In this document: positions 6,809 to 16,655 of the stretch, in pieces
How the letters are laid out: each line of letters begins with the position of its first letter
Numbering within the stretch: position 1 is the first letter of the stretch
From: an uncultured virus (IMG/VR IMGVR_UViG_3300026116_000006)
Taxonomy: Duplodnaviria; Heunggongvirae; Uroviricota; Caudoviricetes
Reading direction: 5' to 3' (one strand)
DNA: 20,000 nt
Virus record (IMG/VR): IMGVR_UViG_3300026116_000006
Made by a program: the position numbers and the translations under genes
Notes under the pieces: model-generated
Databases searched by the model: none
What the model was told of the DNA's origin: nothing
The model's input: the letters and a program-made list of their open reading frames with translations, nothing else

Positions 6809-7756
6809 TCAAGTCCTCTGGTGCTCGCCATAACGGCGCGCCTTCTCGAGACGCCCGAGGCCGGATCCCGCGCCAGCATGCATCTTGACCATGCCCCCGC
6901 GCTTACGGCCCGGCAGGCCGGGTGGCGGCATCGGTGGCTTGCCGCCAGCCATGCTGGGCGGCGGCATGGGTGGACCGCCTGGACCACCCGGAGGTCCGCC
7001 CATCCCAGGGGGTGGGCCTGGAGGCGGCCCAGGAGGCGGACCAGGGGGAGGGGTGGGTGGTCGTGTGATAGCGCTGGGCGGCGGCATGGGAGGCATGGCG
7101 CCCGGCTGGTTGCCGACATTGATGTTGATCGTGGTCGATCCCTTTTTCTTCGCCCGGCCGCCTTCGGCACGGTGAGCGCGACCGCCTCGAGCTTTGTCGT
7201 CGGGGTTTTTCGACATCTCGCGCCAATCGAAATCCTGGCGCCCGCTGCTCTTGGAGACCGTCCCGCCGCCTTCGCGCGCGATGCGACCGCCGGTCGGGCG
7301 CGTGCCCTCGACATAGCCATCGCCTGACTTGTTGCCGGTGCGCGCGTGGCCGCCGCGGGCGCGCTTCTCGCGGCAATCACCGACCATCTTGTGGATCAGC
7401 TTGCGGTCCTCGGCTTCGTCAGCATGTTTGGCGCGACCGCCCTTGTTCAGGAACGAGCTGTGCTGGACCGGGCCTTCGTTGAAGCGCGCGGAGGGCACGC
7501 CGCCATCGACGTAGCCGCCACGGGCTTTCTTGTCCCGTCGCATCGGGCCGCGATCGCCCTGGATCCGACCGCCAGCCTTGTAGATCATCGGCCGCACGCC
7601 CTTCAGGGTTTGCGGATTGTAGACCTTCTTGCCGGCATTGAGAGATTCGGGAGGGGACCAGTCGCTCGCATCGACGTGCTGATGCGGATCGGCGGTCGTG
7701 AGACGCTTGGCTTTGGCGCGCATGTCGCTGCGCGCCTTCTTCGACATTTCACTCAT
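6809..7756 (-). CDS. Low-complexity protein with repeated xxxGG motifs and a Pro/Gly-rich tract (315 aa), possible internal virion protein
   Basis: ATGA overlap with the upstream gene. YKAGGR, KARGGY, YVDGGV, LNKGGR, RARGGH, KARGGR, RAEGGR, RKRGGM; PPGPPPG repeats; C-terminal AGAGSGLGRLEK. Confidence 0.75.
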   Translation of the reverse strand: MSEMSKKARSDMRAKAKRLTTADPHQHVDASDWSPPESLNAGKKVYNPQTLKGVRPMIYKAGGRIQGDRGPMRRDKKARGGYVDGGVPSARFNEGPVQHSSFLNKGGRAKHADEAEDRKLIHKMVGDCREKRARGGHARTGNKSGDGYVEGTRPTGGRIAREGGGTVSKSSGRQDFDWREMSKNPDDKARGGRAHRAEGGRAKKKGSTTININVGNQPGAMPPMPPPSAITRPPTPPPGPPPGPPPGPPPGMGGPPGGPGGPPMPPPSMAGGKPPMPPPGLPGRKRGGMVKMHAGAGSGLGRLEKARRYGEHQRT

Positions 7757-10700
7757 CTCGTCGCCCCCGCGGCAATCTCGAGTGCTATCTGCAGGGCCGA
7801 CTTACCAGTTTTTGCCGGTTCAGGATAGGGGGCGACGACGCGTCCCCCATCCTGGCGTGCTACTCGCGGCCCGAAGTCCGATGCGGTCGGTGGCCGTGCG
7901 GTGAGGTTTCGGCCTCCTCGCGCGCGTCCTTGTGCTGGCTTTGCTTTCGCAAGCCATGCTTCGAGGTCTTTCTCAAGTTGTGCTCGAGCGCGATCGAGGT
8001 GGGCTCGGGGATTTCGTCCGAGTGCTTGCTCCAGCCGGTCGAGATAACCTTTCCCATGGGGATCCTTGCTCCAATCGTTGCGCGCCTTGGTGATCTCTGC
8101 TTCGTGACCCAGCAGCCGGATATCATACGGCAGCTGCTGGGCAACACGATGCAAAGGCCCGCCTTCAGCAATAGCCGATTGTAAACTTTGGTGTGTCTTT
8201 ACGCCACCCTTATCGACCAGCGCCCGGATGCCGCGCTCGCCGGCCGCGGTGGTGATCGGCTGATAGCCCTGGATCAGGCCGCTGGGGTCGGCGGCCATCA
8301 CTTTTTCCCAGAGATCCTGTAGTTTTTGCGGGTCCTCGAGGTGCTTCGACCCGTGCTCGATGAAGTCGACCGCGAAGCCCTTGGGGTTGGCTGTCACAGG
8401 TTTGGCACGATGATGCCAGACCTCGGTCTGGTTCAGGAGATAGCCCAAGGCATTGGCGGCGATATCGGCGCCCTTGTGGGTCGCCAGTGTCTGGCCGACC
8501 GCCGCCGGGTTCTGATCACGCTGCCACGCGCCCGTGCCATGCACCAGTTTTTGCAACGGGATGCCGGCGAGGTTGCGCGCATGCTCCATCGCCCGTTCGG
8601 TGAGGTGGCGCGTCAGGCCAACCTTGTCCTCGGGCGACAACGCCGCAAAATGTTGGCCGTACTTCTTCGCCCAGGGCGACCCTTCGCCCGGCGCGACCTC
8701 GAACGACAACCGACGCAGATTGCGCTCGAGCCCGCTTTCGCTGTCCTCCTCGGCATTGCGCGTGAGCTTGGTCATGCCCATCCAGCCCACGGCCTGGGCC
8801 TCGGCGGGGGTCCAGTCCTTGCGCCCCATCCAGCCCACTTCGTTCAGATGCTTGGTGAGCGCGCGTCCCCAGTCGGCCCGGTTTTCGTAGGCGGTGGCCG
8901 TTGGTGTGCCTTGCATATCGACCTTGAGCTTCTTGAGGGCTCGCTTGTCGTATCCAAGCCGCTCGAGGTGGTTGAGCAATTCTTTGTCGACCATGCCGGT
9001 ATCGCGGGCGGTGTGGACATCGACCACGAAGGGGTCGCCACCTTCCGGGTGATTGCCCATCCATGATCGAACACGCTTTCCTTCAGCCGCGTCCACGAAG
9101 TCGCCAATTTTCTGACCCACGCCTGCAGTGATCGGTTGATCTTGAAGAACGGCACGCGCGGCCTCCGTCGGGTTGGGCATGCCGCCAGCTTTCCAGAGCC
9201 GCTTCGGCATACCGCGATTGATCTGTTCTTGCTGCATCAACACGTTGTGCATCGCGCCGCCCGGCGAGATGTTCTGCTGCGCTACCAGCCACGCATTACG
9301 ATGCCGACGCGCGAGATCAGGATTGTCGGGGTAGTATTGATTGAACTGGTGGGCGACATCCTTGTACCAGCGCGCCGCCTTGTGGATCTCGTCGGGCGAC
9401 AGGATGCGCTCATGGCGTTGCTTCCAATCTTCAAAGTTGATGTCGCCGGTCGCGAAGTCAGGCAGGTGGTTGCTGCCGGGCGGCGCCTTGATGATCGTGC
9501 GTGGATTGCCAGGGTTACCGACAACCTTGTTCTTGGCCACACGCATCTGGCGCAGGCGCATCCGATTGGCCGCGTCGGCGTCAGGAAACTTCAGGCCGCC
9601 GAGATCGGTCGACTGCGGCATCCCCGTCTGGTCGACCTCGTGCCCGATCTCATCGCCCGGTGGGATCTCACCACCGCTGGCATATTTCGCACCTTTGCTG
9701 ATCAGCTGATGGGCGCGTGCGTGCATGTCGGGCGTCCAGGTCGACGGATGGACATGCGACAGCACATGCATGTGGCGCTGCTCTTCACGCGTCAGTTTCG
9801 CGACGCCGCCTTCACCGTACGCGCCGGGCTCGTCGACCGCGCCACCATCGGCATAGACCTCACCCCCTTCGCTGTAGGCCGGCAGGCCCTTCAGAATCGA
9901 CTCGCGCATCTTGGGCGTGATCTCGAGCTTATGGACTTTCGGTCCAGAAACCACGTGAGACTTGATCCGGTAGAGGTCATCGCGCTTGCGCTTCCAGTTC
10001 GCCGCGTTGCGCTCAGCCCATTTCAAGGCTTCAGCATGCGTCTCGAAAGGATTGCTCACAGGCTGGTTATCCTCGACATCATGCACGACGTATCGCTTCT
10101 GCGTGCCCAGATCGTGCCCGAACAGATGCACCTTGGCCTCGGGGTCATGCTTCTTCGCCAGCTTCTCGAGCGCGGCTGGCACGATCTTGTCGTAGAAACC
10201 CTTCATCCCTTCGCCACCGACATTGAGGTCGAGACCGCTATACTCGCGCTGGAAAGGGCCGTGGCCGGTATTGGTGTGCTGACCGTGATGCTCGCGGATC
10301 TTCTGCGCCATCTCCTTGCCGACGGCGTCCTCGAGCTTGTCGTGGAAGACGAGATGGGGTGAGTGCCAATCGCCGCCGTGTTCTTTCATCGCGATGTCGT
10401 AGGCCTTGTCACCAGGACGATCGCGCACGTCGAGCGCCTCGAGGCGCTTGGCAAGACTGTACCGCTTCGCCTGTTCCTCGCCGGGTGTGATCAGCAGGTT
10501 CTTATGACCGCCCTTCGCGGCTTCCATCAATGCATGCTTGAGACCGAGATCGACCCACTTCGATGTGTTATCGACGTAAGGACCATGCGGTGTTGTTGGA
10601 CCCCATGTACGAGCAAACTCTTGCGCTAGCTCAGGCGTCGTGAAGCTGATCGACCGTCGTCCACTCGGTGTTTCCGCGTAAAAACCTCCGTCATCTTCCA

Positions 10701-11469
10701 CAATCTTAGGCCCGCCAAAACCGTGCTTTCGCCCTTCTTGCGCCCAGTCGCTTTGCAACTCCTCGAGATGCAGGTCTTTGCCGAGCTTCATCGCCCCAGG
10801 ATCGCGGTGCGTGCGATCGGACATGCGTAGATGCAGGATGGGGTTGTTGACGTCGTCCCAGTGGCTCGATCGGTAAGGTGCTTCGGTATTGCTTTCAGCC
10901 GCATTGCGTCGCTGTGCTTCGTCACGCATGCGTCCATACATACCGTGGAGAACTTCCTGTCCCGTGTGTCGATCAACCAATGGAACGTACGGCCCTTGTT
11001 GCGGTACGTGATATCGCTTGACCATTTTTGGCGAGGGTAGGTGCAGCACCTGCTCGCGATAGTTCTTGCCGCCGGGGATCGTGTAGTCGGCATATTTCGG
11101 TCCACCCGATCCACCCTCGTCGGGATCATAATCGTAGGTATCGTCGCTGAACTCGTGCGTGCCGAGCTTGGGGAGGTTCTGATGGAAATGTTTCCTCAAT
11201 TCCTGACGCGTGACGCTGGGCCGGCTGCCGAAGGTTTCGTCGAATTTAGCCTGTTTGATTTCATCGGGCTTGACGCCGCCCTTCAGCAGCATGGCCTTAA
11301 ACTGAGCTGGCGTGCCCTTCTCCTGCTTGACGCCGCGCAGCGCCTCTGCGGCGGGCGAATAGAGGCCAAGGTCGGTCAGCTCGCGACGGTTCGGGTCAGG
11401 CTCCTTGATGTAGGAGGGCGACTGGAGGTTCTGCGACAGCCGCATGGCATCTTCGACGGGATCAGCCAT
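7753..11469 (-). CDS. Large multidomain (polyvalent-type) phage protein, about 1238 aa, with a putative HhH-GPD-like domain
   Basis: Long ORF coupled to the portal stop (ATG 11469; GTG 11487 is an alternative). N-terminal domain has PGGKNYRE, SHW, HLRMSDR, EELQSDW, GMKGFYD. Central domain has WY..SP..GVGQK..VVDVH..QAVGW. Confidence 0.8.
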   Translation of the reverse strand: MADPVEDAMRLSQNLQSPSYIKEPDPNRRELTDLGLYSPAAEALRGVKQEKGTPAQFKAMLLKGGVKPDEIKQAKFDETFGSRPSVTRQELRKHFHQNLPKLGTHEFSDDTYDYDPDEGGSGGPKYADYTIPGGKNYREQVLHLPSPKMVKRYHVPQQGPYVPLVDRHTGQEVLHGMYGRMRDEAQRRNAAESNTEAPYRSSHWDDVNNPILHLRMSDRTHRDPGAMKLGKDLHLEELQSDWAQEGRKHGFGGPKIVEDDGGFYAETPSGRRSISFTTPELAQEFARTWGPTTPHGPYVDNTSKWVDLGLKHALMEAAKGGHKNLLITPGEEQAKRYSLAKRLEALDVRDRPGDKAYDIAMKEHGGDWHSPHLVFHDKLEDAVGKEMAQKIREHHGQHTNTGHGPFQREYSGLDLNVGGEGMKGFYDKIVPAALEKLAKKHDPEAKVHLFGHDLGTQKRYVVHDVEDNQPVSNPFETHAEALKWAERNAANWKRKRDDLYRIKSHVVSGPKVHKLEITPKMRESILKGLPAYSEGGEVYADGGAVDEPGAYGEGGVAKLTREEQRHMHVLSHVHPSTWTPDMHARAHQLISKGAKYASGGEIPPGDEIGHEVDQTGMPQSTDLGGLKFPDADAANRMRLRQMRVAKNKVVGNPGNPRTIIKAPPGSNHLPDFATGDINFEDWKQRHERILSPDEIHKAARWYKDVAHQFNQYYPDNPDLARRHRNAWLVAQQNISPGGAMHNVLMQQEQINRGMPKRLWKAGGMPNPTEAARAVLQDQPITAGVGQKIGDFVDAAEGKRVRSWMGNHPEGGDPFVVDVHTARDTGMVDKELLNHLERLGYDKRALKKLKVDMQGTPTATAYENRADWGRALTKHLNEVGWMGRKDWTPAEAQAVGWMGMTKLTRNAEEDSESGLERNLRRLSFEVAPGEGSPWAKKYGQHFAALSPEDKVGLTRHLTERAMEHARNLAGIPLQKLVHGTGAWQRDQNPAAVGQTLATHKGADIAANALGYLLNQTEVWHHRAKPVTANPKGFAVDFIEHGSKHLEDPQKLQDLWEKVMAADPSGLIQGYQPITTAAGERGIRALVDKGGVKTHQSLQSAIAEGGPLHRVAQQLPYDIRLLGHEAEITKARNDWSKDPHGKGYLDRLEQALGRNPRAHLDRARAQLEKDLEAWLAKAKPAQGRARGGRNLTARPPTASDFGPRVARQDGGRVVAPYPEPAKTGKSALQIALEIAAGATR

Positions 11470-13822
11470 TGGGGAGATCCGCGGCACCCAGGCCTCGCTT
11501 CATTTTCTCCTCCTTCTCTTGGCGCTGCACGTCGGCCAGGGCCGGCGTGATCAGGGGCGCCACGAGATGCGCGCTCTCGGGATGCACGGCGAGGTTTTGC
11601 GCGGCATCGATCAAGTTCATCTTCTCGGCCGTGATGCCCTTGGCGATCTCGTTGTCGACCTTCCGGCTCTCGAGTGCGGCATCCATCTTGGTCTTCACGA
11701 TCTTGACCTTGTTGTCGACATCGCTGTTCTGCTGCTCGAGGTTGAGCTTGGCCTGACCCAGGCCCTGGTCGAGCTGGGCCTTTGACATCGCCGCCTGAGC
11801 CTTCATCTTGTTGGCATCGACAGCCCCCTGCTTGATCTTCAGCTCCTCCATCGCCTGCATCATCTCGGGCGTCGGCTGGTTTGCCTGATCGTCAGGCTTC
11901 ATAAACTCCTGCGGGTTGCCCCAGCCCAAGGTGCGGAGAGCCAGCTCATGCAGAGCCTTCATGTCGTAGAGCTGCGGCGCGCCCTGCGCCAGGAGGAACA
12001 GCGCGCCCACCTTCGCAATCCGCTGGACCTGCGAAGCCGTGTTCGGGTCCGCCTGGGGTACAAGGTAGAAATTCTCGAGCGCGTCTGTGAAGGTCTTCTG
12101 GTCCCAGGGGAGAGCGGGCCGTTTGTTGGTCTCCCAGAAGCTCTCGGGGTGCTCGCGGAAGACCTGGGCCAGGAGCTGAAACTCGCGCGCTTGGCTGGCG
12201 TGCAGCCGCTTATGGACGCTGTTCAGGATCTTCTGCGCCTGCTCGATCAGGGCCAGCGTGGTCCCGACCGGGGCATTCTGCTTGCCCTCACCTACCTGCT
12301 GCTCGGCTGTCATGCCGACGCGCTGGGTTGTCTCGACGATATTTTTCGCCAGCTCCATCAGCGCCGGCAGGCCCTCGGTTTTGTAGGGCAGCGGCATGAC
12401 GGCATCGCGCATCGGCATGCCCGCCGTGTCGATCTCGGCGCCGCCGCCCGGCGGGATCCTGAAGATGTTGGTGTTCTGTCGGCCGCCGCCCTTGGCGTAG
12501 AGGAAACCGGGGAAGCTCGCGAACATGCCGGCGTCGAGCATCTCGCGCCACGCCGCAGTCACGGCGATCGTGGCATTGGCCAGGATGTGCAGCAGGCCGA
12601 TGCCATAGAAGCCCATGCCGGGCACGAAGGTGTACTCGATGAAGACGTCCCGTCGCTGTGGGAGCTTGCCTGCCGCCGGCTTGCTGTAGTTGCGCCGGAT
12701 CGACAGCATCTTCTTCGAGCTGACATCGATCGTCACGACATAGGGCACCGGCAGGCCTGACTCCTTGCCCTTCCAGCGGTGCTCGAGGCCTTTGACGTCG
12801 ATGTCGGTGTAGCATTCGTAGATCTCGCGATCGCGGTCCTGCGCACGCGTGGTCTGGGTGTCGATGCCCTCGACATCGCGCTTCTTGCGCCGGATTGCAT
12901 TCTCGACTGGCTCCTGCGGATCGCCGAGATCGACATCGTCGTAGATGCCGAGGATCTGCATGCGTCGCACGGTCGACTGTGTCAGCATCGATCGGTGCGT
13001 GATGCGCTTGGCGTCATCGAGCGTGATCGCGGCATTGTTCACGATCAGATCATCGGCATCGACCGATAGGGAGCACGGCCGGTTCAGCAGCGGATCGTAG
13101 TAGACTTTCTTGAAGGTCGTCCCGCCGAAGCCCAGGAACAGCAGCATGCGGTCGGTGTCGGCATAGTAGTTCTTGTCGGTGACGGTGAGGAAATGATTGA
13201 AGTCTTTCTCGAGCGCATGCGCCAGCTCATCCTCAGCTTTGGGCGTGTTGTTGTTGTCGTCTCGGATCTTGACCGGCCCATCAGTCGGCAGCAGTTCGCT
13301 GCGTGCGTTGGCCTGGAACCGCAGCACGGCTTCAAGAAGCAGTGGATGCCGGATGGTCGACTGGCTCTGAACGGAAAGGCCGTCGGGCGAGCCCCCAACG
13401 TCGTCTGGGTTCTCCAGTGTCAGCCCGAGCAGGTCGATGCCTGTCTCGCGAGTAGTAATCCAGTCCTGGCGGGATGCCAGATCATCCTGAACGCCGCGCA
13501 GGATGTCGTCGACAATTCGGTTCTTCTCGATGTCTTCGATTTTGTCGACAAGGTTGGTGAACCAGCCATGCGGGCTGTCGTCTTCGGCCGAACGCAGGGG
13601 TCGGTCATCGGTCGAGATCGTGATCGACCCATCCGAGTGCTCGATGCTCACCACATTGCCGCGCTCGTCGAGGATTTCGTTATCGTCCGAGGCGTTCAGC
13701 GGGACGTCGTCTTCATCGTCGTCGATCTGGCTGTTGATCCGCTCGACAAAACGCTGGGCGCTGGGTGAGATCTTGAGGCGGACGCCGGCAGGCTTGAGAC
13801 CATAAGCGGAGGAGGCAGCCAT
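11462..13822 (-). CDS. Portal protein (786 aa)
   Basis: Follows terL. HPLLLEAVLRFQA...ELLP..GPVK, GTTFKKVYYD, GFYGIGLLH, PVGTTLALIEQ and a C-terminal coiled coil. TGATG overlap at the start. Confidence 0.9.
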   Translation of the reverse strand: MAASSAYGLKPAGVRLKISPSAQRFVERINSQIDDDEDDVPLNASDDNEILDERGNVVSIEHSDGSITISTDDRPLRSAEDDSPHGWFTNLVDKIEDIEKNRIVDDILRGVQDDLASRQDWITTRETGIDLLGLTLENPDDVGGSPDGLSVQSQSTIRHPLLLEAVLRFQANARSELLPTDGPVKIRDDNNNTPKAEDELAHALEKDFNHFLTVTDKNYYADTDRMLLFLGFGGTTFKKVYYDPLLNRPCSLSVDADDLIVNNAAITLDDAKRITHRSMLTQSTVRRMQILGIYDDVDLGDPQEPVENAIRRKKRDVEGIDTQTTRAQDRDREIYECYTDIDVKGLEHRWKGKESGLPVPYVVTIDVSSKKMLSIRRNYSKPAAGKLPQRRDVFIEYTFVPGMGFYGIGLLHILANATIAVTAAWREMLDAGMFASFPGFLYAKGGGRQNTNIFRIPPGGGAEIDTAGMPMRDAVMPLPYKTEGLPALMELAKNIVETTQRVGMTAEQQVGEGKQNAPVGTTLALIEQAQKILNSVHKRLHASQAREFQLLAQVFREHPESFWETNKRPALPWDQKTFTDALENFYLVPQADPNTASQVQRIAKVGALFLLAQGAPQLYDMKALHELALRTLGWGNPQEFMKPDDQANQPTPEMMQAMEELKIKQGAVDANKMKAQAAMSKAQLDQGLGQAKLNLEQQNSDVDNKVKIVKTKMDAALESRKVDNEIAKGITAEKMNLIDAAQNLAVHPESAHLVAPLITPALADVQRQEKEEKMKRGLGAADLPNG

Positions 13823-14073
13823 CAATGCACCTGTTGAAGAATAGGCTTCAAGGTGCCGAGCTTGTCCTCCTCGACAAAGCGTCGGATCCCTTCGTGGGCG
13901 GCCAATGTATCAGACGGGGCTTCGATGAAATAGACCCGGCGGGCCTGGAAATGCCAGAACGGCGCAGTGCGCACGATCACCTGCCATTGCCAGCTGCCGC
14001 CGCCGATCTGCCGGTCCTGACGATCGACCACGCACATGCAGGGAATGTCCTGCTTGAGAAAATCATGCGTCAT
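13822..14073 (-). CDS. Small hypothetical protein between terL and portal (83 aa)
   Basis: ATGA overlap with the terL stop and TGATG overlap with the portal start. MTHDFLKQ...AAHEGIRRFVEE. Confidence 0.75.
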   Translation of the reverse strand: MTHDFLKQDIPCMCVVDRQDRQIGGGSWQWQVIVRTAPFWHFQARRVYFIEAPSDTLAAHEGIRRFVEEDKLGTLKPILQQVH

Positions 14074-15824
14074 GCGCGGGCCCCCGGATAAAGCGGCTTG
14101 GGCCGACGCACGTTCTCGTAACGCATCGACCGCTGGATATCGTCGCGGATCTCGGGCGGGCGCGAGAGCAAACCGAGCTGGCGCAAATGGCGCAGCGCTT
14201 GACTGGTGGTGTCGACCAGATCGTCGTGCTGCCCGTTGGGGAACGTGCCACATTGACCCATCACTGCTTCGGCCCAGGGGCGCTCCGGCGCAAACACCAT
14301 GCCCTCTTCAAAAAGATGCTGAACCGAATACAGGCGCGCCACCTTGTCGTTCCCGTGCCCTCCGCGCGAGGCTCCCACATTGTTGAGCTGTGTCGTGAAG
14401 CGCGCGTTGCCAAACAGCCGGTGGATTTCCTGTGCTACCGAGTGGCCTGTGGCTTTCGCCTCGATCAGGAGCTTGTCGACACGATACTGCGTGCAGAGCT
14501 GTTCGACCTTTACCACGAGAGGATGCAGCTCAAGATAGTCGGTCCAGGAGTAGAGCAGCATGACCTTGGGGATGGTCTTCGGCTGCATCAGCTCAAGCAG
14601 CTCGGCCTCGTTGCCATAGACCTGAATGACGTTGCCTTCACGGCGGATCCGACGCGTCGGCAGATTGAGATCGGTCGCTTGGTTGAAGATGCCCCAGATG
14701 GTCAATGCCGATGGATCATTGATCGTCTTCTCGGTGTACGCCGTATCGAGCGACGCCAGAATGTAGCTCATCGGTGGGAACTCGAGCGTTTCCGTCGGCC
14801 GTCCACGCTCGTCGAACTGCTCACCGCCGGGCGGCCAGACCTGCCACCAATCGCGCTGGATGATGCCGCCGCCCTTGGGCTCGGGGCGCTGCTGCAGCTG
14901 GCCCGCGATCCGCCACTTGGTTCGAAGACGCGTCTTGAGGTCCTCTACCGCGCGCCGATTGAAGCGCTGCGGCCAGAGCAACTCGTTCTCCTTGGTCCGG
15001 GGATCCCGCCAGCCGATTGAGGTGGTAGCGCAGCGTGCCTTCTCGAACTCCATCGGCAGGACGAGATGCTCCCATTCCTGCTTCTTGTCGTTCTCGAGGA
15101 TGTGACCGGAGAGATCCTGCTCACCCAGCCGCTGCTGGATGACGATGATGGCGCCGGTCGACGGATCGTTGAGACGGGTTGCCATCGCACCGTCCCACCA
15201 TTCCTCGTTGGTGGTCTGGATCACCACGTCGGACAGCGCCTCGCGGGCGTTGTTGGGATCGTCGACGATGATGATGTTGCCGCCCTCGCCGGTCACCGCC
15301 GCATCGACTGAGGTGATCAGGCTCTCGCCGCCCTTGGTATTGGAGAAGCGGATCTTCATATCCTGGTCGACCGCGATTTGGAAGCGGTCGCCGAACAGGC
15401 GCTGGTACCATGTGCCCTTGATCAGGCGGCGGCGCTTGACGCTGTCGCGCAGCGCCAGGGAGTGGGCGTAAGATGCGTGGAGGATGGGAACGCCCGGACC
15501 CGAGGTCGGCGACAGATGCGACTGCGCCCACACCCAGGCCGGGAACGCGACGGAGCAGATCGACGACTTCGAGCAGCGCGGCGGGATGTTGATCAGGAGC
15601 CGCCGGATCTCGCCATCAGCCACCGCCTCGAGATGCTCACACAAGGCATCGACCACCCAACCATCGGTGAACGGCGCCGGATCGATGAACCTCCAGGCCT
15701 TCTTCAGGAAGAAATGCAGGTCCTCTTCACAGTCGCAGCGATCCAGCTCGAGCAGCTGGGACAGGCGATTGACCCGCTTGCCGTCGACGATGACGTACTC
15801 GTTCACATAGGCGCCATCTGGCAC
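14070..15824 (-). CDS. terL: Terminase large subunit
   Basis: Walker A-like INIPPRCSKS, Walker B IIIVDDP, IQQRL coupling motif, QQRP, nuclease motifs SLDTA, LIEAKATG, FPNGQHDDLVD. Confidence 0.95.
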   Translation of the reverse strand: MPDGAYVNEYVIVDGKRVNRLSQLLELDRCDCEEDLHFFLKKAWRFIDPAPFTDGWVVDALCEHLEAVADGEIRRLLINIPPRCSKSSICSVAFPAWVWAQSHLSPTSGPGVPILHASYAHSLALRDSVKRRRLIKGTWYQRLFGDRFQIAVDQDMKIRFSNTKGGESLITSVDAAVTGEGGNIIIVDDPNNAREALSDVVIQTTNEEWWDGAMATRLNDPSTGAIIVIQQRLGEQDLSGHILENDKKQEWEHLVLPMEFEKARCATTSIGWRDPRTKENELLWPQRFNRRAVEDLKTRLRTKWRIAGQLQQRPEPKGGGIIQRDWWQVWPPGGEQFDERGRPTETLEFPPMSYILASLDTAYTEKTINDPSALTIWGIFNQATDLNLPTRRIRREGNVIQVYGNEAELLELMQPKTIPKVMLLYSWTDYLELHPLVVKVEQLCTQYRVDKLLIEAKATGHSVAQEIHRLFGNARFTTQLNNVGASRGGHGNDKVARLYSVQHLFEEGMVFAPERPWAEAVMGQCGTFPNGQHDDLVDTTSQALRHLRQLGLLSRPPEIRDDIQRSMRYENVRRPKPLYPGARA

Positions 15825-15856
15825 CGGCCGCCCCCGCGGTTGATCGGGCGGACCAT

Positions 15857-15886
15857 AAAAAGAGCCGGTCGCTTGCGCAACCGGCC
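15857..15886 (-). terminator. Intrinsic terminator just upstream of terL
   Basis: GGCCGGUUGC-GCAA-GCGACCGGCU (GNRA loop) followed by CUUUUU. Confidence 0.75.
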
Positions 15887-16051
15887 TGAAGGATGGGGAG
15901 ATACCCTCGTCGCTGAATGCACACAGCGAAGAGAACGCGGTCAGTGTAGCCGACTGCGGTTCGGAGCGCTATGCCGCAATCGACCACTGTACCCGCGTAG
16001 AGCCTTGAGTCTTACTAGCGGAGCGTCCCTAGTAAAGCTTCACGCGAGCCG

Positions 16052-16411
16052 TCAGTTGAGACGGGAGATGATCTTCGGCCCCATGTGCGGGGCCTGCCCC
16101 TTGATGCGCATGCCGATTTTGATCAGCCCGGTCGGGTCGTCGATGATCCTGATGTCGCCCTGCTGGACGGCCTGGACCTCGACCGGCGAGAGCGTGATCA
16201 CGTCGAGCGTGCCGAATTTGCGTACGATTGCCGCCATCAAGAGCCGCATCGTGGCGATGGTGCGCGCCTGATCAGCTTCCCGTTGAGACGGCGGGGTTGC
16301 CTTCGCTGGTGCCGGGCTCGGGGACGGTCTGAGAGTTGACGGGGCTGGATCCAGCGTCGTCACTTCCCTCGGGCTCACCTTGCGGGTTTTCTTGTGTGGT
16401 CGACGAGGCAT
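16052..16411 (-). CDS. Hypothetical protein (start uncertain)
   Basis: The C-terminal ~70 aa look globular with high third-position GC. The N-terminal part overlaps 16272-16655. Confidence 0.55.
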   Translation of the reverse strand: MPRRPHKKTRKVSPREVTTLDPAPSTLRPSPSPAPAKATPPSQREADQARTIATMRLLMAAIVRKFGTLDVITLSPVEVQAVQQGDIRIIDDPTGLIKIGMRIKGQAPHMGPKIISRLN

Positions 16412-16655
16412 AGGAACCATCGGACGGAGGGGTTGACGAGCTGACAGGATCGATCGGCTGACGTGAGGCGCGCGCCTTCTCGGCGTGCTCGTGCAGCTCA
16501 TCGCTGTCGATATCGCCATTGCCCGACATCATGCATTCGGCGGCATCCATCACGGTGCGCATGGCAAGCCCTGGCTCGAGCTGATGCGGCGCTTGGCTTT
16601 CCATCCAGGCTTTGGCGTGCTGGCTCACGATCGCGATGGCTTGAGAAAGTTTCAT
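16272..16655 (-). CDS. Hypothetical protein (127 aa)
   Basis: GAGGAG RBS and ATGA overlap with the upstream ORF. Acidic Ser-rich tail. Confidence 0.6.
   Translation of the reverse strand: MKLSQAIAIVSQHAKAWMESQAPHQLEPGLAMRTVMDAAECMMSGNGDIDSDELHEHAEKARASRQPIDPVSSSTPPSDGSYASSTTQENPQGEPEGSDDAGSSPVNSQTVPEPGTSEGNPAVSTGS

Noticed and set aside
6920..7100. GC-rich short tandem repeats
   Set aside because: They encode the Pro/Gly tract of the 315-aa protein with varied codons, so they are not a separate DNA repeat element.
14070..15824. Intein or intron in terL
   Set aside because: The ORF is continuous and of normal length; only short loop insertions, with no intein splice motifs seen.
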